Positions 50,387 through 61,945 of a stretch of DNA of 64,000 nt are shown in pieces. Numbering within the stretch: position 1 is the stretch's first letter; every line of letters starts with the position of its first letter. The notes below the pieces were generated by a model. That model did not search any database, was not told where the DNA came from, and saw only the letters and a program-made list of their open reading frames with translations. The translations under genes were made by a program, and so were the position numbers. Source of the DNA: Octopus bimaculoides (Eukaryota); contig NC_068984.1 of the NCBI RefSeq assembly GCF_001194135.2, positions 103,651,845 to 103,715,844 on the forward strand. The letters are read 5' to 3'.

Positions 50387-51245
50387 TTAAGGTAACTAGT
50401 CATATTAGCAAATCAAGGTTAAAGTTATTTGGTGATACTAGTGAATTCCATTTTTGAGCTGGAACATTACAGAATGAATATGAAATAGTTGGCATTAGTA
50501 CTTACTGAAGGCCAATACTTTTCTGTTTACATAACTTCAAACATCTGTCTAAAATATAAGCTTTCATATCACTTAAGTTAATCAAGTGAAGTCATTAAAT
50601 ATATCCATCATACATTCATGCTTTGAAGTAAGGACATTTTTGAACATGTGACATTAAATACACAAATAGCTATAGTTTCTTGCTAATTGTAATGTTAATA
50701 CTTGTATATAATATAGTTAGTCTCCTCTAGCACTAGTTTCATTTAGAAGACTCTATTTCAAATATCAAGTTGTTTGCAATCAATTGAGTTAAAGACTAAA
50801 AAAATCATATTCAAAGCAAGTAAAAACTTTTAGTAATATCTCAAGTTTGTGTCAGTATTCAGCTGTGTAATATTCATTAGTAGTTGATTTACATTGTTTT
50901 GGGTGACTGTGGAAGTGTTACTTTAGTTAGTTAGCTTTTCACACCTTGAATTTTTTTCATTTAACTTCCTTGCTATTGCATGATTTATTTTATTAATCTT
51001 TTTTTTTTTAAACATGATGCTCTTTGAAGAATGTTAATGGAAGCCATCTATTCCTATGCAATTCAGAGCTTCAGACTGAATAGAATGAATTAATGTTTCA
51101 TATGAAAGAAGAGAAATAAAAGGATTCTTGTTTCCTTACATTCATGCCACATAAATGTCAAAATCAACAGTATTGTTTTTGCATCAACTTTGTTTTAATC
51201 TTCCTTGTTTTTTTATCTTTTTAAATCTTTGCAAATCGTTTCTAG

Positions 51246-51474
51246 AATTGAGAATTTGAAAATTGCTGTGAAGTCTTTCTCTGGTAAGAATATCAATTTT
51301 GCTCTGACAACAGCAGCAAATATTGCTACCACAAATTTTGAAATTCGGAAGATACCTGGAAAGAATGCTGAAGCTTCAGTGTTTGTGATGAAAACTTTCT
51401 CATTCAACAAAGTTTCCAATATCTTTAATTTAATAATCACTGTTTCGGATTCAACTTTATCTAGTTCTGTACCA
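51246..51474 (+). CDS. CadN: Neural-cadherin-like gene, coding exon 4 (EC3)
   Basis: Acceptor gtttctAG, donor CCA|GTAAGT, phase 2-0. Peptide IENLKIAVKSFSGKNINFAL...LIITVSDSTLSSSVP. Confidence 0.87.
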
Positions 51475-52390
51475 GTAAGTAATCTTATTGCCAAGCATAT
51501 TTACTTCATTTCTCCATTTTTCAACACTATTTGATCGCTACAATTTCTTTTCACTATTAAGAAAAGGTCTAGAATCAGTGAAAGTTAGCAGTGACATAGT
51601 TTGAGTTTAACCTGATCAGTTGTAGGAGCAGAGTAAACATTTCCACTCTCTTCTTTATTTCAAACTGAAATTTATCACCACATGCTACCTATTTTCAGAT
51701 AGCACTGAGTCCCTGAGTTTTATTAGTCTCTTGGCTTTTGTATGTACCTAGGTTCAAACTGAAATCTTCATTCTTCAAGCCTTCTTCTCTGGCTGATGCT
51801 ATGTAATCAGTTTCATATAGTAAAAAGAAAATTGTGTGTTTTAAAAATTCTTTGCGAAAATTGAAGCTGTATTTATTTGTCAATCATAATTTGAGCTTAG
51901 TTTTCTTTTTTCTTTTTCTTGCAGTTGAATAATGTAATATTAACGTAAACCTTTTTTTAGTCACTAATTCTCTCACTCACTGTACTATTTTATAGTCTAA
52001 ATTAAACAATATAAGTTAGTGATATTTTAATACAGTTAACATTAAAAAGCTATCTGAAATAAATACAAAATTAGGAAAAAACAGTCAATTTTGATTTTTC
52101 TCTGGTACACAACACATTTCTACTTTATTCTGACCTTGTCCGCAAAACATTGCCATATTTGCTGAAATAGTAAAAGAAAATCACTGTAAAAATACAAAAA
52201 TGTGCATTTGTTGGTTAGAGATTTACTGCTTCAAAGGTACTTTTTGCATAAAAAAAAAAAAATTTGCTAACGTTAGTATTTATAGATTTAATGTCAGCAT
52301 TATTGTATTGTCATACTTCAAAGTAATTTTGTTTATTTATTTATATAATATTTGTTTATTGAAAGCCTTTCAATTTTTTGTTTCTTTTAG

Positions 52391-52502
52391 TTGACAGTAC
52401 ACATAATTGATGTGAATAGTGAACCATCATTTACTCTCCAAGAGTACAGATCTCTGCCTATAAATGAAAATGTTACAGTTGGTACAGAAATTGAGAAAAC
52501 AG
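52391..52502 (+). CDS. CadN: Neural-cadherin-like gene, coding exon 5 (EC3-EC4 linker); absent from the ORF track
   Basis: Acceptor tttcttttAG at 52389-52390, donor AG|GTTTGC, phase 0-1. Reads LTVHIIDVNSEPSFTLQEYRSLPINENVTVGTEIEKT. Confidence 0.88.
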
Positions 52503-52784
52503 GTTTGCAGTAATTAGTTTCTACACATTTATAAATATTTCTTTTATGGTCATATTTCTAAGGAAATACAGCTTCTGTTTCAATTATTTTTGAAAATAAT
52601 CAGGAACTTTGAGAGATTAGTTTATTTAAATATAACTAAACAAAAGATTCTCATAAACTTAGACTGAAAGGTTTTCATTTAAAATGAACACTTTGAAAAA
52701 CAGGAGATTTTGTATGCTTGAATCAGAAATGGTCTCAGGCTGTTTGGCATTGAAACAGTTAAACAATTAAATGGATTTTTGTCT

Positions 52785-53115
52785 CATTGCATGGCACCTT
52801 GGTGTCCTCTATATCCCCAGACCAACGAAAACTTTCTGAGTGAATTTGGTAGACCAAAACTGAAAGAAACGTGTGTGCACCTTTGTCCCGATATCATTTG
52901 ATGGTTTTAAATGAGCAGCACCATCATACAAGTGGTGATGTTCATTTCCAATCTCCTGTGAATTACATGTCTAGCCAGGGAGTAATATTACCTTGCTTGG
53001 AAACCTGTGAGTGGTTGGTGATAAGGAGGGCATCTAGTCATAGAAAATTTGCTTCAACAACTTTCATCTAACCCATGCAAGCATGGAGAAGTGAACATTA
53101 AAATGACAATGAGGA
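52785..53115 (+). mobile_element. SINE family A2
   Basis: cattgcatggcaccttgg...ccaaaactgaaagaa, then tail acccatgcaagcatggagaagtgaacattaaaatgacaatgag. Confidence 0.65.
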
Positions 53116-53951
53116 TGTATGAACAGATTAAACTGCTGGATTAGGATTATTAATCCAGCAGTGGAAAGTTTTGGGTTTCAGGAAGTATTCAAAGGATTTT
53201 TTTTAAATTCTAAATGAAGTTGTCAAAATTGAGTTTGGAATTTTAGAAAAACTGGTTTTATTTGCCACAGTGGAATTTTTCTCTGCCAGAGATCAATGAA
53301 ATGGGAAGTTGTCACAATGTAAGTAGAATTCACAAAGATGCTTTTTATGAATATGAGTTCTGTCACCTAATTAATATTGTGAAATTAATGAAGAATTTTG
53401 ACCATTATTTGTGCACCTTTACCAAATTCAAATGGAATAGAATGTTCTAATTCTTAAATTAGCATGATCTTAAAAGGGTGCTTAAAACAGAAATGCAAAT
53501 AAATTTTAAAATAAAAACTAAAGCATATTTCTGCTTTGACTCTATAGTTTGTGCCCAAAGAAATTTATTACTCATAAAAAGTATTTTTGAAAGCTGAAAT
53601 ATTTTTCAGTTGATTTTTAAGATTTTTTCTTTTGTTTTTAATCAACAGCATTTAGTTGTCTTGTTTTGGAACTAATGAAAAGAATATTAGTTTTATACTA
53701 ATATTTTGTCTTATACTCAGCCATTTTGACCAATTATTTTATTTTGTCTGGGGTACCATAATAAGTTCAAACTAAATAACTATGTGCAAAATGTCATTGT
53801 CTTAGAATGAAATAGAAATACAAAAAAGTTTTCTCAAAATCAATTGGAAAACTATTTAGGAAAAATAATTCAATTTTCAGTTGATTTAAACATAAGTTTT
53901 CTATTAAATACAGTTAGTCATTTTTAATGAGATATTATTTGAATATATCTT

Positions 53952-53988
<37 letters not shown>

Positions 53989-54035
53989 GTTCCATATCTA
54001 CTTTATCCACAATTTTGATTACACATCCCTTTCAG

Positions 54036-54171
54036 ATCTTAAAATCATTGCAATTGATAGAGATGCTGGAAAAAATGCTGAAATTGTATTTGATGTCACT
54101 GATGACCACTTCGAAGTAAAAAGAAACAAGTTAACTGATAGCCAATATGAAGCAATTCTTGTTGTTAAAAA
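54036..54171 (+). CDS. CadN: Neural-cadherin-like gene, coding exon 6 (EC4)
   Basis: Acceptor cctttcAG, donor AA|GTAAGT, phase 1-2. Peptide DLKIIAIDRDAGKNAEIVFDVTDDHFEV... Confidence 0.9.
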
Positions 54172-55089
54172 GTAAGTAAAAACTCTTTCTAGTTTTATTG
54201 GTTGCAATGGTGACAGTTGTTGCTGGCAGACCTAACACCTTTTATTCTGTACACACTTTAAATACAAACAGGCCAATTACAAATATATCTAAGCTTCTGC
54301 AAGTAATTGCCAAAACTGCATTTCATTTGTCTTCCACAAGACATGGGTGGAGTTGTTGAAATAACATTTCTGTAGCCCTGGTTTTATCCATTCCAAAAAG
54401 ACGAAGCACAATTCTCTGCTGCTTCTATTATCTTGCCATTGTGAAATTTTTTTTAATTATAAAACCTTTCACATTTGGAAATTTATAATTAAATTATTAT
54501 GTAAATTAGGGCTCTATTGAGACTGTTTACTCTAGAAATGAATTAACATCTCCAATGCATTTTAACCTGATTAGCTTCCAACACTTTTATTATAGTGTTG
54601 TGTATCATTACCATTTTTACCTCAATTTTCCATGCTGGTATGGGTTGAATGAATCAGAGCTATGGATTTAATGAGCCATGTTTTGCTCCAGTGTTTCAGT
54701 TTTGACATGGTTTCTATGACTGGATGCCTTTACTAATGCCAACCACTTTACAAAGTGTATTGAGTGCTTTCTGTGGCATCAGCACTAGTGAGTTACAAGA
54801 CTAATTCACAAGACTAAAGAGCCACTAAGATGGAAAATATGAAATAAGTTGATTGTTTTATGTGAGATGTTGAGAGGTTACAGTATGATGAGAGGAGCAG
54901 GAACAGGTTGATTGTAGAGGAGATTCTTGACTACCTTGCATTTTGTGTGGCTGAGTAGGGATGGTAACAGGGAGGTGGTCAGGTGTATATAGGTGATGAA
55001 TATAGTAAATAGTGAACATCAGTAGAGTGGTCGATGTTAAATTAGTTGATGGATGTTGATAAGCAGGATGAACGTAGTAAATGGTGAAC

Positions 55090-56345
55090 AAGCAGTTCAC
55101 CATTCACTGCATTCATACATTACAAAAACATTTTCACTGTATCCTGCATGCACTCTGACATTGCACATCCAAACAGACTGTGCTAGCTTCATTTCCTTCA
55201 TGTCTTCACATGTCCTGTACATTCACAGTCCACATTTTGCTATCATGTAGCATTGCTGCTTATGTATATACATTATATGATCAGGTAATAGCTATCTGGA
55301 CTTTTTGACCAGTTCTTATTCTAGCAGCTATACTTTCAGAACATCCTCCTCCACTACTTATTAGATCACCTGGATAACAAAAATTATCTACTACCTGTAG
55401 GAATTTTCCTGGGTATTTGAGAATAGCTGTTTATTGCTCCTTTACATCTGGTGCATACAAAGTCTAATTTCTCAGCTACCCTTCCTGTGATTCCACTATA
55501 CATTTTATGGCCCATAGTTTGCACTGGATACACAATATAGAATTTCTATCGACTCCCTTTTTACATATCAGGCGGAGTCATTTCTCTGAGATTTCAAGGT
55601 TCTGTTTTCCTTCTAATGCTTTGATTTTTGTTAAATTAACTTTAATGCCTTTTGTTTCCAAGTTTTGCATACATACCTGGAATTTCTCTAATTTTACCTC
55701 ACATAAGGTCATTAATATATAACAGTCCCTGCATCTTAATCTCCTCTATTATGCTATTATGGCCTGGAGGACTTTGATAAATAAATGAATGAAAACTGAG
55801 CCATGGTAAACTCTTAGCTACACACTAAATTTGTCATACTCACTGCTAACTCTCACTTTACTAACAATTCTTCTATGGCATTCACAAGCTATTCATTCAT
55901 CTTCTCTCAGCTTCTTCAGTGCCCACTATATCACTGAATGAGTGACTGTGACAAAGGCTTTCTCTGTATCAACAAATGCTAGGTATAGTGTTTTACTCTT
56001 AAGTACTTCTTTTGTAGTTGTCTCACTACAAAGAAGACATTAGTAGTAGTACTTCCTAGCACAAAACCAAACTGCATCCCTGCATCTCATCTTGTCTCTC
56101 ACCTTTATCAATGAAACTACTACTGTTTCTGTCATTACTTTTCTCAAAGGCATCTCATTTGCCCTTCTATTAATTGACTATGATACTTCTTCGCTAGCCA
56201 TTGAGTATGATACTTTCATGTACAATCTGATTTACTATATGGATAGAAACATTGGGCTGTTGTATGTTAAAACTGCAAGCATACAGTGTAACTTCTTAGT
56301 ATCTGGTGTTATTTGTTCTTCTCTCAATCTATTATACACTTAGAC
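55090..56345 (-). mobile_element. Decayed RTE-clade LINE, RT domain and downstream region
   Basis: Minus-strand fragments MQFGFVLG...VRQLQKKY...LYLAFVDTEKAF...WALKKL, ...ETKGIKVNL, a CxxC-containing RNSILCIQCKLW and FCYPGDLISSGGGCSESI, matching RTE RT architecture; many stops and frameshifts. Confidence 0.7.
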
Positions 56346-56404
56346 AATTGGAGAGTTGTAGAAAAGTTAAGAATATGGTTATTTAGTATCAGGATCTGTT
56401 TCAC

Positions 56405-56825
56405 TTATGACTTTAACACCATTTTAACTTTCTTTTTTCCATGCTTAAATGGGCCAGACGGAAATTGTTGAGGCAGATTTTCTACAATCAGATATCCTGC
56501 TTGTTGCCAGCCCTCACTTGCTTCCAAGCAAGGAAATATTTCTCCATGGCCAGACATGTTTCTCATACAAGACTGGAAACAAATGTCTTCTCTTGTATGC
56601 TGTTGACACTTGTTTACAACCATCACACTTTGTCAAGACAAGTGGAGTAGGACACAAACATACATGTTCAACTCTGGGCTACAATGGACTTTGTTTTCAT
56701 CTACCAAATCCATTCCCATAGCCTGGGGCTATACTAGATAAGTTTCCCAGGGTGGCACACAGTGAGACTGAACCCAAAACCACATAGTTGGGAAGCAGCT
56801 TTCTAAACCTCACAACCATCACTTC
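56405..56825 (-). mobile_element. SINE family A2
   Basis: ttccatgcttaaatgggccagacggaaattg tail...aatggactttgttttcatctaccaaatcc...gagactgaaccc head. Confidence 0.68.
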
Positions 56826-57204
56826 GCAATGTAAGAATAGCATCTCTTCAAACTGAAATACAAAGCAACGTTCATTTTTTTTTTTTCTCCCTCTCCTAAC
56901 TGGAAATTGTACAGAACTAATTATGTGTATGTGTGGGAAATTTTGCATGTTATCACTTAGTTTGTGAATATCTATATCCCAGGGTAGTAAATAAACAGAA
57001 ATGGTTATGTGCACCTGAACACTATACAACAATTTTGTTCAGTCTGTAGTTATGATCATGATTCAAATTTTTCTGGGTTGCATCTTGTATTTCATTGTTC
57101 TAGAGTGACTGACATACTGTCCATTTACAGAAGATTGATTTAAATTTATTATGGACCATCTACAGCATTTGGTCTAGTGTTCAGTTTATTATTATTATGA
57201 TTAA

Positions 57205-57665
57205 GGCAGCATGCTGACAGAATCATTAGCATGCCAGGCAAAATGCTTAGCGGCATTTTGTCTGTCTTCACAATATGAGTTCAAATCCTGTTGAATTCTA
57301 ATTTGCCTTTCATCCTTTCAGAGTCGAAGTACCAGTGAAGCACTGGGGTTGATGTAATCAACTTATCCCCTCCCCCAAATTACTAGTGTCAGTTTTGTTG
57401 ATGATGTGATTGTTGTTGTTGTTTATAGAAAAAAAGGCAGCAAGCTGGCAGAATTACTGAAGCATAAAAAAAAACATGTTTTGCAATTTTTTACTCTTTA
57501 TAAACCAAGTGCAAATGCCACTGAGGTCAGCTTTGTCCTTCAACCTTCTGGGGTTGATGGACAAAGTACTAGTCAAGCATGGGGGGGTCAATAGTATCAA
57601 TTGCCCCTTGCTCCTCACTATCTGCCCTAATTTCAGGTTTTGTGCCTTTATTAAAAAGTTATTAC
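57205..57665 (+). mobile_element. Two head-to-tail family B SINEs
   Basis: ggcagcatgctgacagaatc at about 57205 and ggcagcaagctggcagaatt at about 57436, each preceded by a simple-repeat run. Confidence 0.7.
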
Positions 57666-58069
57666 ACCGTGTAGCAATTTTTTTTTGTCTGTGTTATTTT
57701 TTATTTGCTTCTATCTAGAAATCAAAGGAAATGACTACTATTCCTTTCAGTCTTTGAGATCTGGACATCAGTGTTTTGAAACTTACCTATTTTCCATTAC
57801 GTTTCAGACAGATTTAGCACTGAGTTGCTGAAGCAGAAATATCATTGTAGTGGACATTCTGCTCAATACCACTGACTTGCTTGTCAGTTGCTTGACCTTA
57901 ACCGCTTGAGCATGTATTTTAGTGGTTGACAATGTGTGCATCTCTGAGCAGGAGTAATGGGAGAGCATCATAGCAATGTGTTGAGGGGGATTCTTTGAGG
58001 TTTAAATAAATGTGAAAAAAGCAAAGTTTGAAGGAAATAACCCTTTTTCATACTTTCTGGAAGTAGGGG

Positions 58070-58123
58070 TTAGTGAAATAAGTACCAGTTGAACACTGGG
58101 GACAATATAATCAACTAATTCCT

Positions 58124-58154
<31 letters not shown>

Positions 58155-58268
58155 AAAGAAAAAAATTTCAGGCATTATGCCTCAAGCACTGGGGTCAATG
58201 TAATTGACTATCCCTGTCCACCAAATTTTCAGGCCTTGTGTCTGTAGTAAAGATTATTATTTATTATT
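58070..58268 (+). mobile_element. Family B SINE 3' part (internally duplicated) abutting the exon 7 acceptor
   Basis: aagtaccagttgaacactgggg...aaattttcaggccttgtgtctgtagtaaagattattatttattatt. Confidence 0.68.
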
Positions 58269-58280
58269 CATTCATTGCAG

Positions 58281-58519
58281 ACAATTGGATTATGAAAAAC
58301 AACCTATACATAAATTTATCATCACAGCTCATGATCTTGGAGATCCACCAAAAAGTGCAACAGCTACGGTGGAAGTGCATCTGAAAAATGTAAATAACAA
58401 ATCTCCAGTTATACCTGAAAATAGCAAATTTCATGTAAATGAAAGAGCCCCAGTAAATACTTTTGTTGCAAAATTGAAAGTCATAGATCCTGATAAAGAT
58501 AATATATGCTTCTATTTTG
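58281..58519 (+). CDS. CadN: Neural-cadherin-like gene, coding exon 7 (end of EC4, start of EC5); gene continues past the window
   Basis: Acceptor ttcattgcAG, donor G|GTAAGA, phase 2-1. Peptide QLDYEKQPIHKFIITAHDLGDPPKSATATVEVHLKNVNNKSP...VIDPDKDN. Confidence 0.9.
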
Positions 58520-58659
58520 GTAAGAATTTAATTTTTATTTCCTTTCTTTCATAAAATTTTCAAAAGGTTACATTTTTCTTTGTCTAGGAGAATGAGGTTT
58601 TATTTATTTTTTTTTTAAAGAATATTTTTTGAACATCTAAACTCACTTAAATAGAGAAT

Positions 58660-61600
58660 ATTAAAATCTGTGGGCCCCTGAAACCCAGGCTGTTGCAGTA
58701 ACTGGTCTTGAAGCGCAATGGCATTGCTGGGATCTTTGGCACTATGCAGTGTCAACCCGTTGGTGTAGCTTTCAATGCCAAAATTTGGCACAATTCCTTC
58801 CTGGATCTTCCAGATGTATATTACTGCATACCTGTCCCACCTTTGCTCCATGGAGTAGAGTCTTAGCTGTTTCAGCCTTTCCCAGTAGTTGAACTGTTGC
58901 AATGAGATGATCTTCTTTGTGAAGCTTCACTGGATTGCTTCAAGGTCTGTTGTTAATTTTACACTGTTGGGTGACCATAGATAGGAGCAGTAATCCAGGT
59001 GGCTGAGGACGAATGTCCTCCAGAGAACCATCATGGTTTCCTTATCTCTGGTTCTGAATGTTCTCAGGATCCATCCAGCCAGTCGTATGCACTTGGAAAG
59101 AGGTATCATCACTCATGTCGATACCCAGGTCCCTTACTGATTTAGGCTCTGGGATTGTAATTCCCTGTGGACCATATTAAATTTTGGAAGCTGGTAGAGC
59201 AGGGCTTGGAATTTTTCAGCATTAAACTGCATATTATTATCCTCAGCCCATCTGTAAATTGAGTCCAACTCCTGCTGCAGATGTGCAACATCATAGGGGT
59301 TCTGTATTTTCTGTGAGACTTTCGTATCGTCTGCATAGCTAGCAAGGGTGACTATACGGGCAGTTGAGGGCATATCTGAGAGGGCCACTGTGAAAAGCAG
59401 TGGTCCCAAGAGAATGCCCTGTGGAACACTGCTCGCTATTTGTGTTTTCATTGAGGTGGCTCCATTGGCCACTACTGCCTGACTTCTATCTTTCAGAAAG
59501 TCATGTAACCACTCTCCAAGTTTTCCAGCTATGCCGAGATCACACAGTTTGTGGCATATCAGCCCATGATCCACTTTGTCAAAAGCTTTTGCAAAATCAA
59601 GGTATATTATATCCACATTTGAGTTGTTGAGTAACTGTCTCAACACTCAGTCATAATGTTGTAAGAGTTGAGTCAGGCAGCCTGGTCGAAAGCCATGCTG
59701 GGTATCACTCAGCAAGTTAGTTTCTTCAAGGAATGCGATTAGTTTCCCTCTGACTATCCGTTCCATGACTTTGCTGATGTGTGAAGTCAGAGAGATAGGC
59801 CTATAGTTTTTGGCATCTGCTCTGCTTCCCTCTTTATGGATTGGGCATATTACTCCCTCCTTCATCTTGCTTGGCAGTCTACCATTTGCAAGAAAGCTCT
59901 GGAAGAGAAACTGGAGGGGTTTTTCCAGGGCATGCTTACATGATTTGAGGAAGGTTGCTGGGAGACCATCAGGACCAGTCATCTATGGCTAGTAGTATAT
60001 CTTCTTTGCTAATGTCGATGTATTCCCTCATAACTGCCTTGCTGGTTATATGTGAGGTGGCAAAGAAGTCCACTGGTTCGTTCACTTGTCTGTGTTCTAA
60101 CGGGGTGGTAAAGACACTGGTCATTCAGTACCTCACTGATCCTGGTTGGACTATCTGTGAGGGAGCCATCCTTTTGGAAGAGGGGTCCTATCTTGCAGCG
60201 TACTGAGGCTGTTTCTTTTGCGTAATGAAAGAAGGCCTTTGGATTTGACTTAATGTTTTTTTATAACCCAGGCTTCTTTGTCAGCTCTCTCCCTCACATA
60301 GGATTGTTGCAGGCTTTTTTTCAATTTCCTTCAGTGTTTTTTTAGGCAGGATCTTTCACTACTTTTGGGATGTTGGTTGAGGCCATTTGCAACCTTCGTC
60401 CATCGTCTCATGAGGATCTTCTCTCCCTTGGAATCTTGTTCCCATTTGTTTTGGCCTTGTGCTCTGGGACATATTTCTAACATATGGCTTGCATAACAGA
60501 CATGAAATATTCTAGTTTCATGCCAATGTCTGGTGTGGAGAGACATTTCGGCCAGTCCTATCTGAGGATCTCTTTTTGGATCGATTTCCAGTCTGCTTTG
60601 TGGAAGTTCAGATTGGAGAGATTTTGGGTGTTTTCTTTAGGCTGTATGTCTCTGGCTACTTTCGACCCAAACATAGACAGCTCTATTTTTTTCTTGTGAT
60701 CCGAGACTAATGTCGGCATCACTTTCACATAACAATGTCCATATTGTTCGTGAAGCAGAGATCCAAAACGTTATTTGGCCTAGTTGGTCTGAGTACAACT
60801 TGCTCCATGATAGGGCATTGGTGAGGTTGAGCAGGGACTCCACCTGTGCTTGTTTGCAATGAGTCTTTCCTGAGAGCATGAGGCCTTCCGGCCATTTGAT
60901 GCTGGGGAAGTTGAAATCACTCATAAAAAATATGCTTATATGGTGTTCCAGTTTCATGAGGATTTCTTTAATTCTTGTGAGACAATCTTCAAACATGCCT
61001 CTGTGATTTGAGGCATTTGGTGGGCAATATGTATTGCATATGACTATATTGTGTTGTCTTATGTATACAATTAGTGTGTCACATACTGAATGTGAGTATG
61101 ACAGTAAGACCTGGGGTGTGAGGTGTATACACGGATGTATACACCAATTCCACCATGGCTCCTTTCTCTTCTGTCTGTTCGCAGTATGGCATATTTTGGT
61201 GCGTATACCTCTGCATTCTCTATATCAGGGCTGAGGTGAGTTTCCACAAGCGCTATGCATAGGGCTTGATTCCATGCTTTGCTTTTATTATGATGCAACA
61301 GGCCCCCAAAATTTAGTAAAAATATTGGTGTGGCAACTATGCAGGCATTAGGGGAGACCATTCTGTGTCTGTTGACTGTGGTGGTCTTGTGCAGTGGTGG
61401 GCAAGGTTCTTTGTTTGTGCTTGGTGTAGCCAGGTCAGCTGCTGCACAAAAGACTCTTGCTCAGATGCTGCCTTGTGCATAACCTCTGAAGAGCGCACTT
61501 CTTTTGTATACTTTTTCTTTGGAGACAATCGTTGTCTTTCTTCAGAGAAGTTTTTCTCCTTAAGGCCCTTGTAGTTTTGGCAGGGTCTCGAGAGAGCAAA

Positions 61601-61725
61601 CTGGCAGTTTTTGCTGTCTTCCCCATGCCAACATTTACCTTTCAGGTAAAATCTGCAGGTCCTTGAGTGCCTTCCAAATTTCTTCTCTAGGGTTTTGGAT
61701 TGCATTGGATCATCCATGAGGTTTT
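58660..61725 (-). mobile_element. CR1-clade LINE copy 1 (ORF1 end, APE endonuclease, RT), frameshifted, 3' end missing
   Basis: Minus ORFs: IALVETHL, GGIGVYIR, FMSDFNFPSIKW (endonuclease); GPDG, NYRPISLTSHISKVMERIV, YLDFAKAFDKVDH, VPQGILLGPLLF, YADDT (RT); WILRTF...LSHLDYCS..WSP (CR1 C-terminal region). Confidence 0.9.
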
Positions 61726-61729
61726 CTGT

Positions 61730-61799
61730 TTTATATATATGTTTATATTTATGTATATATATATATATTTATATTTATATATATATATTTATATTTATG

Positions 61800-61842
<43 letters not shown>

Positions 61843-61945
61843 TTGTGTATATATTTATATTTGTGTATATATTTATATTTATGTATATATATATATTTAT
61901 ATTTATATTTATATATATTTGTATATATTTATATATATTTGTATT
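61730..61945. repeat. (TA)n/(TTTATA)n/(TTTGTG) degenerate microsatellite, probable tail of LINE copy 2
   Basis: Directly visible; contiguous with the 3' terminus of LINE copy 2. Confidence 0.85.
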
